64,000 bases of DNA from Octopus bimaculoides. Lineage: Eukaryota. Where the stretch lies: assembly GCF_001194135.2 (NCBI RefSeq), contig NC_068995.1, positions 33,367,218-33,431,217 on the forward strand. The letters run 5' to 3'. This document shows positions 13,445 to 24,649 of the stretch, piece after piece. The notes under the pieces were generated by a model that saw only the letters and a program-made list of their open reading frames with translations, did not search any database and had not been told where the DNA came from. The translations under genes were made by a program, and so were the position numbers. Every line of letters begins with the position of its first letter. Positions within the stretch are counted from its first letter, which is position 1.

Positions 13445-13795
13445 CCTACTGCATGGTATCTTGGGCAAAGTGTCTTGTGCTAATAAGCCCTGGACCGACA
13501 AGTGCATTGTGTGTGGATTTGGTAAAAGGAAACAGTCGAAAGCCATCGTGTTTCATGTTTTTGTTTATCTTTCATTGTTCGATAACAGGTGTTGATTTGT
13601 CTGAATTTGTATCAGAGATTCAGGAAAAAAAAAAGACAAAATAAGTTAGTATCAGACTTAAAATAAGTATTAGGATCGCTTTGATCGACTTATTTTACCA
13701 GACTTAAAATAAGTACTAGGGTCGCTTTGATCGACTAAATGCTTCAAGGCGGTGTTCAAAGTATGGACACATTCCAATGACAGAAAGAAGCAGGA
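13445..13795 (+). mobile_element. Degenerate family A SINE with a small internal duplication
   Basis: cttgggcaaagtgtctt...ggatttggtaaaaggaaac; cagacttaaaataagta(t/c)tagg(a/g)tcgctttgatcgact occurs twice at 13655-13737. Confidence 0.7.
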
Positions 13796-13999
13796 AAGTA
13801 ATCATAAGCTCTAATGTTTAAAACATACAAATCTAAAGAAATTACTGTTTGGGATTAACTAGATATTTCTCAGTTAGCTGTAGCACACGGGCTTGGGGAT
13901 GAGGGAGAAGTGGCTTATTTTTGTCTATTAGGATTTGCATCTGATGTAACAACTGTTTACATTGTGTAATGTAAAATCATACATACATATATACATATT

Positions 14000-14480
14000 A
14001 AACTTTTACAAGAAGAGGGATGCCAATAACTTCAAAGTTTTGGACTGGTAGCCTTCATCAGACTGTGTTACATTTGGAGTCCTTTGGCAAGTTGTTTTTC
14101 TGGGTAGGTGAAGCTATCTGAAATGGTAATATACTGGGAAGGAGATGTATAGGAAAAAAGATAGAAGAGGATAGGAGGAAAGTATGTTTGTGGAGTGTGG
14201 GTTGGTAAACATTGTTAGAAGATTTTGTTTGGTTCCATATGCAAATGTTCTGAGGTTTTTAATGGTGATTATATAGTTTAAATTTATTCATTTGTCTATT
14301 TAGAATACAATATTTGGTCATTACATTTAAATACAAAAAAAAAAAACGGAAAAAGAAGATAAGGAGGGAAAAGAAAAGAAAAAAGGGTGGGGGTAAAGCA
14401 GCAGAAGATGGAGGGGTAAGTACCTATGTAACAGGTGTGTCAGATTCGGGTTACAAGATTCTTTGTATAGAAAGCTGGTT
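14000..14480 (-). mobile_element. Penelope-like LTR remnant with a decayed hammerhead core
   Basis: Minus strand 14061-14031 reads ctgatga-aggctaccagtcc-aaaac-tttgaa (CUGAUGA, stem II, mutated GAAAC), downstream of a pyrimidine-rich tract. Confidence 0.5.
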
Positions 14481-14869
14481 GAATAGTCCTTCACTTAAAA
14501 GTTAAATTTTTTATATGTATAAGTTGACAAAAAGACAAAAAACAAAAGCATTGATATATGTGTGTATATGAACAAGTACCAGTAGAGATACTGGTGGGAC
14601 ACCTGTACTTCTACTGTTGTTCATTTATATTTTATTCACCTGTCTTGGAGACCATATATTTAATATAATGTACATGTCTGAATAGCTTGAGCAGATTTCT
14701 TCACTCAGCTGGGTCTAATTGTCCACATACATTGCAAGAATATCATTATGTACCATGTTTTAATATTTAGATGATATTGTTCTGTGTGTATATTATTCCG
14801 ACCTAATGAGGTGCCTAAATTTAAGTACCTAATTCATTTGAATCTTACTTATATTTTATGTATGTATAT

Positions 14870-15440
14870 GTATTGCTGTTTGGTTAAGAAGGTTGTTTCT
14901 TAACCATGTTGCATCAGGTTAAGTTCCATTGTGTGTTGCTTTGGGCAAGGATCTTCTATTATAGTCCCAGGTTGACTGAAGACCTGTGAGGAGATTCGGT
15001 AGACAGAAACTTACAGAAGCTTGTTGTCTGTGTGTCTTTGTGTGTATGTATACATGCATACACAGGCAGGGTTGTGTGGTAAGAAGTTTGCTTCTCAACC
15101 ACATGGTTCTGGGTTTAGTCCCATTGCGTGATATCTTGAGCAAGTGTCTTCTATTGCTTCGGGCTGACCAAGACTTTGTGAGTGGATTTGGTTGATGGAA
15201 ACTGAAAAAGGCCCATTGTACGTGTGTTTGTGTGTATGCATGCATGAATGTCTTTGTGCCTGTGTTTGTCCCTTACCACTGCTTGACAACCAATGTTGAT
15301 GTGTTTATGTCCCCATAAAGAGTCTGATAGAATAAGTACTAGGAAAAAATACTACTGGGATCAATTTGTTAGACTAAGAATTCTTCCAGGTGGTGCCCCA
15401 GCCTGGCTACAGTCTAATGACTGAAACAAGTAAAACATAA
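14870..15440 (+). mobile_element. Two tandem family A SINE copies (partial plus near full length)
   Basis: Head motifs at ~14880 and ~15065; tail ggtggtgccccagcctggctacagtctaatgactgaaacaagtaaaa. Confidence 0.8.
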
Positions 15441-15519
15441 AAGATATAGATAGATACACACACACACACGTGTATGTGTGTGTGTTTGTGTGTACTCTTG
15501 TTTTGACATCACAAATGGT

Positions 15520-15720
15520 CGAAAATGACATCACACAAGTGTTGTTCATTTCTAGTCTTCCATGGAAGGCATGTCTGACCATGAGGAAACATTACCTTGC
15601 TTTGAAAGAAGAAAGTGTGGGTGACTGGAAGGGCATCCAGTTGTAGAAAATCTGTCTCAACAAATTTCATCTGACCCATGCGGACATGGAACAGTGAACA
15701 TTAAAATGTTGATGATGATA
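15520..15720 (+). mobile_element. LINE/SINE tail fragment (family C related)
   Basis: gactggaagggcatccagttgtagaaaatctg...cccatgcggacatggaacagtgaacattaaaatgttgatgatg; a related reverse copy lies at ~40190-40420. Confidence 0.6.
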
Positions 15721-15751
15721 GTGTATAGGCTTGCCTGTGTGTGTACATATA

Positions 15752-17116
15752 CAAGGTCTGATCAATAAGTATCTGGACTGTTGCCATAGTAACACAGCTA
15801 AAGCATGCTGAGTTATGCTGCTTGGCAAAGATTGACCTTGAACTCATCTGTTCATGCGCACTAAGCTTTAATATTCTAGCTCACTTCTGCTGTTTACAGC
15901 AGTGCTTGGAAGGAAAGTGTGTAGCATGTGATTGTTGCATTGATCGTGACAGAGAAAGTGTATGAGCTGCACACAAGCGTACGAATGGTTCAGACGTTTC
16001 CAAGATGGCCAAGAAAATGTCGATATTGACGAAAATTCTGGGAGACCCTCAACCAGCAGAACAGAAAATCATCACAGATGTGCATACAGCTGTGAGGGGA
16101 AATTGTCGAATCACCATCCATGAGTTGTCAGAGGATGTGCAGATTAGTTCTGGTTCAGTTCAGTGGCTATTATCACTGAAGATTTGGGTATAAGATGCAT
16201 GTCTGCCAACTTTGTGCCAAAACTGCTTTCAGCTAACCAAGAAGATACTTGGGTTTCAGTTGCACAAGATCTTGATTGTGTCAAGAACAATTTTTTCTTT
16301 TTCTTTTCTTTTACTTGTTTCAGTCATTTGACTGCGGCCATGCTGGAGCACCGCTTTAGTCGAGCAAATCGACCCCAGGACTTATTCTATCGGTCTCTTT
16401 TGCCAAACCGCTAAGTTACAGGGGACATAAACACACCACCATCGGTTGTCAAGCGATGTTAAGGGGGACAAACATAAACACACACNNNNNNNNNNNNNNN
16501 NNNNNNNNNNNNNNNNNNNNNNNNNNNNNNNNNNNNNNNNNNNNNNNNNNNNNNNNNNNNNNNNNNNNNNNNNNNNNNNNNNNNNNNNNNNNNNNNNNNN
16601 NNNNNNNNNNNNNNNNNNNNNNNNNNNNNNNNNNNNNNNNNNTATATATATATATATATATGTGTATATATATACGACGAGCTTCTTCCAGTTTCCGTCT
16701 ACCAAATCCACCCACAGGGCTTTGGTTGGCCCGCGGCTATAGTAGAAGACACTTGCCCAAAGTGCCACGCAGTAGGAATGAACCCGGAACCATATGGTTG
16801 GTAAGCAAGCTACTTACCACACAGCCAATGAAAACTTTTTGAAAGCTTTGTGTAGGCCTGAGTAGGTATCGCCAAGTTTTTGGCAAAATTTGAAGCAGAT
16901 TCTCTGCTCAACTTTCTCCGTCATGGTCAATGCAACGATCACATGCTACACACCTTCCTTCCAAGCACTGATGTAAACAGGGAAAGTGAGCTAGAACGTT
17001 AAAACTTAGTGCATATGCACAGCAGAGTACAAGGTCAATCTGTGTCAAGAAACTTCACTGTGTGCTTTAACTACGTTACTGTGGCAACAGTCCGGATACT
17101 TATTGATCAGACCACA
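15752..17116 (+). mobile_element. Mariner DNA transposon, internally deleted and interrupted by a family A SINE
   Basis: ~40-bp TIRs caaggtctgatcaataagtatctggactgttgccatagtaac / gttactgtggcaacagtccggatacttattgatcagaccaca flanked by TA. Transposase remnant RITIHELSEDVQISSGSVQ.IITEDLG.RCMSANFVPKLL (HTH plus WVPHEL-like motif). Confidence 0.88.
16305..16828 (-). mobile_element. Family A SINE nested in the mariner element
   Basis: Reverse complement of 7441-7885; assembly gap 16486-16642 falls in its internal microsatellite. Confidence 0.9.
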
Positions 17117-17339
17117 TATCTATGTGTGTGTGTAATGTTTGAAAATTTTAGTTATTATCATTGTTATTTAAAAGTTTTTGATAAAAAAAAATCACATTTT
17201 TAAGGACAATACCATTTATATACTTTGTTGGTTGATTGCAAAGAAATGTGATAATAATAATAGTAACCATTAATTAAATCAGAATGAAGGCCATATATAT
17301 ATGCATCGTTTGAGGCATATATATATATAGAGAGAGATT

Positions 17340-17625
17340 GGAGCGGAATCGTGATGGCACCTGTGCCCTGGCACTTGTGCCGGTGGCACGTGTAAGGACA
17401 TTTGAGCGAGATCGTTCCCAGTACTGCCTGACTGGCCTTCGTGCCGGTGGCACGTAAAAGCACCCACTACACTCACGGAGTGGTTGGCGTTAGGAAGGGC
17501 ATCCAGCTGTAAAAACTCTGCCAAATCAGATTGGAGCCTGGTGTAACCACTTGGTTCACCAGTCCTCAGTCAAATCGTCCAACCCATGCTAGCATGGAAA
17601 GCGGACGTTAAACGATGATGATGAT
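17340..17625 (+). mobile_element. Young RTE-LINE 3'-tail copy (family C)
   Basis: gtggttggcgttaggaagggcatccagctgt...cccatgctagcatggaaagcggacgttaaacgatgatgatg; near-identical to 26270, 30840 and 50070. Confidence 0.85.
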
Positions 17626-17953
17626 TAACCACATACATATCGAACCAATGCCAGATTATATATGGTCTGATTTACTAGAAAGAACAGTCAAATCCTTTTC
17701 AAATCACATCTAACTGCCTTGAATATACCGTCTACTATAAAAATGGTATCATCACAACTTTAATGCTTTTGATGACACCTTCTCAACCAGGGCTAACTTG
17801 ATGCTAACCACAATCTTATATTGAATGGCTGAGTATTTTATTTGTAATGTTTTTTACTCTTAGTGTGCAAAGAGTTGACTGACTATTCTTTTCTTTTGCT
17901 TTTATTTCACTAAACAATATTTTATAATATTTTCAGATTAGACAACCTTGAAA

Positions 17954-18217
17954 ATGCGGTTAACAAGATCATTATTGGGTTATTTCAAGAGGTATGTGGA
18001 TCATGAAATAGCAACGACGAAGGGAAGATCTGTTTACAAGAACGTTTATGGGTGGAAGCGTATTCAATTTGATAATAAGCCATGGGTTTATGGTGAAGAC
18101 CGACCATGGACAGATGCTGCCAAACATATGAACTTAACAAAAAATGCAAAGGCAACAAAACTTCGAAGGACCTTAGTTGAACCCATTAAAGATTGGTTAA
18201 TATTTCGTGGAGACAGG
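17954..18217 (+). CDS. MRPL24: Mitochondrial ribosomal protein L24 (uL24m), first coding exon (88 codons, phase-0 intron follows)
   Basis: Acceptor ttttcag| at 17936, ATG at 17954. MRLTRSLL...EDRPWTDAAKHMN...RRTLVEPIKDWLIFRGDR matches the metazoan mRpL24 N-terminus (RPWT...VEPIxDWxxFRGDR). Donor agg|gtaagt at 18217/18218; the ORF-track extension to 18307 is intron read-through. Confidence 0.9.
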
Positions 18218-18479
18218 GTAAGTCACTCTACGCTTGGATACAATTTTACTCATTCACACGGCGATATACCTAAATTATGTTTGATTTTCAGGAAATCAGC
18301 AAGGTAGTCTTGTTTCTGTGTCAGTGTCAGCATGTAAAACAGCTATTCTTTAGTCTGTAATACCCATGTTCAGTTATATATAGCAACAACTCTGTAAGAA
18401 GAATATGATAAAGGACTGAGATATTTGGTGCCTCACTGTACTCTAGAAGACCCATCCACCACAACAGAATTTATACTGA

Positions 18480-18715
18480 TGCTGGTTCCATGTAAAAAGC
18501 CCGTGTGCTGGTGCCACATTAAAAGCACTGGTGCTGGTGCCACATAAAAACTACCCAGTACACTGTAAAGTGTTTGGCATTAGGAAAGGCGTCCAGCTGT
18601 AGAAACCATGCTGGAACAATGGAGCTAGTACACCCCTTCCCCTCGGCCATACCAGCTCTAGTCAAACCATCCAACCCATGCCAGCGTGGAAAAATGAACA
18701 TTAAATATTGATGAT
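18480..18715 (+). mobile_element. Family C tail copy with ~27-bp subrepeats
   Basis: tgctggtgccaca...aaaagc units x3, then ggcattaggaaaggcgtccagctgtagaaacc...ccatgccagcgtggaaaaatgaacattaaa. Confidence 0.75.
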
Positions 18716-19559
18716 GTTAAAACATTATCAATATTACATTCTTAATGTGTGTGTTGTTGTTTAATTCTTGTAGCTGTGATAAACGTCAAAGCTGGGTGAA
18801 ATGAAACCAACCTGGAAGTGAATGAGAATGACAGCTATCAATCATTCCCAGTTTTTTTTGCTTGTCAATTCCATATACTCACCTTGCTTCTGAAATGAAA
18901 TCGAATAACCAGCTAGAAGTATATACAAATAGTGTAAAATCTATTTGCTGATGTGTGATAGCACCACACAAGATAGAACAAAACTCAAATTTTACTCAGT
19001 AATGTAAGCATTATCAATATCACATACTTAATGTGTTGTTAAACACTTGTAGCTGCAGTACTACGTCTGATAGAGATCCATTTAAAAATGTATAGTGTTA
19101 AAAAACAATATATTTCAAAGCTGAGCAAAACAATACTGCCCTGGAAGTGAACAAAAATGACACATATATCAGTATTTCACAGTTTTTTCTGCTCATCAAT
19201 GCCATACATATGAATGAATGAATGAATGGTCGACTGTTGTGGTCAATACAGTCCAACCTAGTACTTTGTTCATTTGTGTTCCCTCATGTAGGATCTGAGG
19301 CCAAAGCCAGATGCATAATGGTGGCTACATACTGGACACACAAATGCTCTGCTGTGTTAGTTCTAGCCTTCATTGCTGCACTTTTTTCCACTTGGCTGAT
19401 TCATCTTTCATTTTCGTAGGCTTCTGTTTCCCTTACGAATTGCTTGCTTCCAGTCAGACCTGTTCATCACCATGATTTCCCATTGTTCTTCATCAATGTC
19501 ACATTTCTGGAAAGATTTTTTTCAGAGTGTCTCTATAGTGAAGTTTTGGCTGTCCTCTT

Positions 19560-20130
19560 GGTCAGTGGCCTTCTGTCAGTTCACCATAGAAGAGCTACCC
19601 TTTTATACTTTTCTGAGACTTGGATTACATATAACATGAAAGCCTTGGAGAGACTCTATCAGACATACTTTAAGAGGACCTTAAATACAAATAGTGGTTT
19701 CTGACACTGGACGCCTTTATTCTTCACTGAGCCAACACATCCACTATTGAGATGCTTCTCATATGCAACTAAATATGTTGGGCTGGTCACCTTACTAGGA
19801 TGGAAATGACTAGGTATCTAAGCAGTTGTTTAACAGGGAATTGCAACAGTAAATGTCCAAGACATAAATTTTAGAGACGTTTTAGGGATGTCAAAAATAA
19901 TCTTGAGGCTTTTAGTGTAGAAGTTGAAAGTTGGAGGCAGATGATGAAAAAGATCAGTTGGTTTGGAAAGAAGTTATTGACAATGGTTGTTAAGTACTTG
20001 AAGCATGGAGAATTGAATATGACATCTTGAAACAAGCACTTTGTAAACAAGATTTTACTTTAATCCCAGACACTTCTCTGCTTGAAGATACTTGTAACAT
20101 CTGCATGAAGGTCTGACCAACCAAAACTAG
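19560..20130 (+). mobile_element. Old RTE LINE ORF2 C-terminal remnant
   Basis: LLYFSETWITY..KALERLYQTY, then decayed GWSPY*DGND*VSKQLF.RELQ..., KRFRDVKNNL..FSVEVESWRQ (YGSETW and C-terminal RTE motifs). Confidence 0.65.
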
Positions 20131-20302
20131 ACTTGCTAGTCATATAACATCTCATAATGGCATTTACTAATTGAAGATATGGCCTCCTTCTTATAAGAAG
20201 TAGCAATCACCGCATGTAAAAGAATGTGCGTATATAAGTGTGTGTGTGTTATGCATTTGTATATATGAAAGTATATACATAGACATATACATACATATAT
20301 AT

Positions 20303-21100
20303 ATTACATGAAAAAATGCGAGCAAGAGAAATAATATTCTTAAGATTAAAGACCTGGAAAAGTACAGGACAAGTTATTACATCTGGTAAAGTACAGAACA
20401 AGAAAACTTTTACTTAAAATATTGCAGCTAAGGATAAAATTTCAAATAAAATATTTAGATTTAGAAAATATTAGCTTTTATTAAAACTAAAAATTTTATT
20501 ATAAGTTATTTGTTATTACTTGTTACTTCTGTTAACAATTAAAAAATAACTCAATTAAGAAATTTGAAAATAGGTTATAAAGAATAATAGTAGGACATAA
20601 TTAGTACAATAAATAGAACAATACAAAAATTAGTTATATATTACAGTGAAACCTGTCCATAACAACAAATTCACAATAAAATTTGTTTGAGTTTTTGCTT
20701 AAGTTATTGCCAAGTCTTCACATTTTTAGTCTTGACCCAATGCCTATTTTTTACATAATGAATTTGCCTATCATATATACTATTCTACTTTACATAAAAC
20801 TTTAGCTATGTTGGTACATCTGGCTCTCATTTTTTAAGTATTCTAGTGTGTCAATATTTTAACAAAATGATGGTACCTTATTTAATTATAATGTTACTTT
20901 GTAAATTAAAATCAAATAATTTTAAATATTCAAATTTTATCCTTAGCTGCAATATTTCAAGTAAAAATTTTCTTGTTCTATACTTTACCAGATGTAATAA
21001 CTTGTCCTGAACTTTTCCAAGTGTAATAATTTGTCCTGTACTTTTCCAGGATTATAATCTTAAGAATATTATTTCTTTTGCTCACATTTTTCCATGTAAT
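20303..21100. mobile_element. Foldback / long-TIR MITE (~800 bp)
   Basis: Arms ~20303-20455 and ~20925-21100 are reverse complements (attacatg...ctggaaaagtacaggacaagttattacatctggtaaagtacagaacaagaaaa...attgcagctaaggataaaatt). Confidence 0.85.
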
Positions 21101-22218
21101 CCTTGTTTTTTCCGGGCTATGCTATTATGCTAATTAATAATTTATGATTTTACGTTATTGAAAATTGAATAATAAATTTCTAAATAATATTTTGATTTTT
21201 TTCATTTCTGTGATTGAATTATTATTGAATTAAAATAAAAGTTTTAATCTAAAAAAATTAAAATAAGATTAGTTAATCTAACTGCAAATTAGCAGTATCA
21301 CTGATATTTTCCTTACCTCAATGATGCCAGTGACATGTATTAAAAGTCTCTTTATAGAACTATATTCATAAAAAAGTATAGAAATATATTATCACCCTCA
21401 AATTTGTGAAACAAACACTCATAACTTTTTTCTTTTAAAATTTCGTTGCATGAGATTGATACCATGAAATTCCTCGACTTAAAGCTCTATCATTTAAGCT
21501 TAATTAAAATATAGTTTGTTTTTAAAATAAAAAAGTTAATTATACTTAAATCCAATTTTTTGCCTTATATTTTTTTCATGATATTTTACCTCACAACTTT
21601 TTTGATACAATTTTTTGTTGCATGGGATCAAAACTATGAAATTTCTCATGATTTCTTCTATCATTGAAGCTAAGATAAATATATTTTGCTTTTAAGATAA
21701 ATAAAAAAAGTTATTTAGATCTAATGCTACAAATTTTGATGTAAATGTTTTTCTACTGGATCAAATCTCAATGTTTTTAATGCCAGAATGTAGCTAGGGA
21801 CCAGTCCTCTTCAAAAATGTTAACAGTTTGCAATTTGGTTAAGAACTGAATTAATAACAAAGCTCTGAAGATGCTGCATGTGAGCAAATTGCAGCCTTAA
21901 AAATATTATTCAACTACTACCATAGTTGAATGATATATATATGTATATAACCAATTTAGAGACGAACCACCACTCTACAACTCCGTCAACGAAGAACCCG
22001 TCCAAAACCATGCTATGAGGCATATACCATATCAATATTTATCTAAGATTTTAATCTAAAATTTTAATAATTTTAATAATATATAATATATCATATAAAG
22101 AAACATATAAAAGGTAATATAGTGGTAAAATTCCTGTGGGTTCAAGGTATTTTATTTAGAAATATGTATCAAAAAAAGTAATTCTGAAGTTGATTGGTAA
22201 ATTTTCTAAAATCTGTTA

Positions 22219-22303
22219 GTACAAATCTAAAATTGATTGATACAAATATAATATTGGTCGATACAAATCTAATATTGGTCAGTGCAAATCTAAAGTTGGC
22301 CGG
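22219..22303 (+). repeat. 21-bp minisatellite, 4 diverged units
   Basis: acaaatctaaaattgattgat / acaaatataatattggtcgat / acaaatctaatattggtcagt / gcaaatctaaagttggccggg. Confidence 0.75.
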
Positions 22304-22304
22304 G

Positions 22305-22515
22305 AAATCCCCTCCTCTCTCTCTCTCTCTAACCTCGTGGGCATCGGTACCATTTTCCTCTTTCTCCGTTCTTCCATTCTCCGAACTTTCCATCTTTCCG
22401 ACGAAGGGCTACGCCCGAAACGTCATACACTCTCTCTTTCCTTTCCTGAGCGTCCAATAACACTATCCATATCACGTCCTCACTTTGTTGTTGTTTTGTT
22501 ATTGTTTTTTTGAAC
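22305..22515 (+). mobile_element. Penelope-like LTR-type repeat
   Basis: Pyrimidine-rich tract, hammerhead-like core, then cttt...gagcgtcc.ataa...gtcctc.....gttgttg; a homologous reverse copy lies at 55930-56031. Confidence 0.65.
22398..22424 (+). ncRNA. Minimal hammerhead ribozyme motif (PLE type, CCGACGA variant)
   Basis: ccgacga-a-gggc-tac-gccc-gaa-acgt-c: CYGANGA box, perfect 4-bp stem II, GAAA, palindromic ACGU helix III and GUC triplet; helix I weak. Confidence 0.6.
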
Positions 22516-22556
22516 TTATATATATATATATATATACATATATTATAAATGGAGAT

Positions 22557-22628
22557 GTGTGTATTCCTACGTTAATTAACCTAGACAATAACGTGTGTAT
22601 TCCTACGTTAATTAACCTAGACAATAAC
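22557..22628. repeat. Exact 36-bp tandem duplication
   Basis: gtgtgtattcctacgttaattaacctagacaataac x2. Confidence 0.95.
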
Positions 22629-22939
22629 ACAGTTTAGATTTCTTCTCCCCACCCCTCTATCATGCTTATCTTATATATTTTTGTATTTTATTCCATTTGT
22701 CACATTTTTATTTCCCGAGTTTTCCTATTTTCATTAGCATACAACATTTTAAAGGGACATAACTTGTATTTGTTTTACGTCCCATGTAACAGTTTGTCTA
22801 CAGAAATCTTAATGTTCGTGTCCAAATGTTTGCGTTGTGTAAACTTATAAGATCACACACACACACACGTACATCTATCACTCTGTCTACAAGTTTTTAT
22901 TGATCTTTTACATTCATGTACAATAGTTGTGTAACGTCA

Positions 22940-23535
22940 TAAAATTCGGTTTCAAAATTTGGCACAGGCCAACAAGTTCGGTGAAGGAGGTAAGTCGATT
23001 ACATCGACCCCAGTGCTCAACTGATACTTATTTTATCGATCCTGAAAGTACAAAAGGCAAAGTCGACTTCGGTGGTGTTTGAACTCAGAACGTAAGGACG
23101 AACGAAATTCCTTTAAGCATTTTGCCCGGCGTGTTAACGATTCTGCCAGCTCGGGCAAAACGTCATGAAATTTACAAGCTCTAACGCCTCGTTATCTTCA
23201 TCTCTCTTTGTTGCTAAGCATACACTTTCACATTAATTTACTCGTATTATTTATTCATATTCATTTGACTCCAGAAATTCAATTTAGACTCACACAAACA
23301 CATGTATGACTGATTAAACCATAACAATGATAATAATTCTTTCTACTATAGGCACAAGGCCTGAAATTTTGGGGAGAGGTACTAGTCGATTACATCGATC
23401 CCAGTGTTCAGCTAGTACTTATTTTATCGGTCCCAAATGGATGAAAGGCAAAATCAACCTTGGTGGATTTAAACGCAGAACATAAAGATGGATGAAATGT
23501 TGCTAATGATTCTGCCAGCTTGCTGCCTAATAATA
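22940..23535 (-). mobile_element. Two family B SINEs in the same orientation
   Basis: gtcgattacatcgaccccagtg...gaactcagaacgtaaggacgaacgaaat...ttctgccagctcg at 22940-23155 and 23340-23530. Confidence 0.85.
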
Positions 23536-23550
23536 ATAATAATAATAATT

Positions 23551-24632
23551 ACTAGCTGGACCCGTGAAAAATTCACGGAAAACAAAAAATGTAAGCATCT
23601 GTAAACAGTGTACTAGTGTCATGAGAAATGTTTGTTTATTATGACCGTTTGTCTTTGTGTTCTGAGTTCAAATTCTGCCGAGATCGACTTTGCCTTTCGT
23701 CCTTTCGGGGTCGATCTAATCAACTGGCCCCCTCCCCACAAAAGATTCAGGCCTAGAAAAGTGTATTGTGACAGTTACAGAATATATAATCCTACCAAAA
23801 TATCTGTTACACAAACGTAAACAGAATTACTATTTAATCTTAAAATACATCGTACATATTCAAAGAACCTTAATGTACAAATTTAAATGCAAAAGAACGA
23901 AATAATAAATGGAGTTATGAATGAAAGTTTGGTAATTGCATTTATTTCCCCACGCGACACTTATTATTGCAAACATGTTTTAACTAACCTAAACTATGCA
24001 CATACACAAATACATTTATATTTATATATGTCTCGAGTTGTAGCTATAATTCAAAGTGGCCAGCCTTGTCATATTCTGTGTGAGGCTGAATCTCCCTGAG
24101 AACTACGTTAATGTTATGCATGTCTGTGGAGTACTCAGCCATTTGTGAGTTAATTTTATCTTTGTGTGGTAATGAAAAGTGAAATTGACATCCAATATTT
24201 GCTGTGTGTATGTATCTATTTATGAACTTTTCTTTGTATTTATGTATCTACTGTCTCTCTCTCACTTTTCACACTTCCTTTGTGTCCCTCTTCTCTCCCG
24301 TTCTCGATTTAACAATGTGTATATGTAACTATGTATCTACTTCTCTTGCGATGTGATAAACATTTAAAAACACAAAACGAACACCGTCACCACTCAATGT
24401 CTCTTTCTCTCTCACTTTTTCTCTCTCTCTCTCACACTCTCTTTCTTTCTCTCATACGTCCTCTCTGAACCATTTCTTTCACTCTTTTTCATTCTCTCTT
24501 TTTCTCACTCACTCTCACTTTCTCTCATTCTCTCTCTTACTTCCTCTCTGTTCTCTTTGCCACTTCTTTGAAGTGTGACGCACACAACAGATATGTACAA
24601 AAACGACAAGTTAGCATATTAATATTATTGAT
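23551..24632 (+). mobile_element. Possible non-autonomous Helitron/Helentron (DINE-1-like), carrying SINE and other inserts
   Basis: Starts actagctggacccgtgaaaaattcacgg (sub-terminal hairpin ccgtgaa/ttcacgg), has a CT-rich microsatellite block at 24400-24560, and ends ...gcatattaatattattgat. Confidence 0.35.
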
Positions 24633-24649
24633 TATTATTATTATTATTA

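Noticed and set aside
17948-18307. 119-aa ORF as a complete gene
   Set aside because: Homology ends at FRGDR where a consensus donor lies; the remainder is intron read-through, and the real start is ATG 17954
21317-21349. Isolated minus-strand AG/GT-bounded mini-exons (also 52990-53025 and a 15-nt one near 3183)
   Set aside because: Short open segments with consensus sites are expected by chance in 64 kb, and they could not be chained into a recognisable protein
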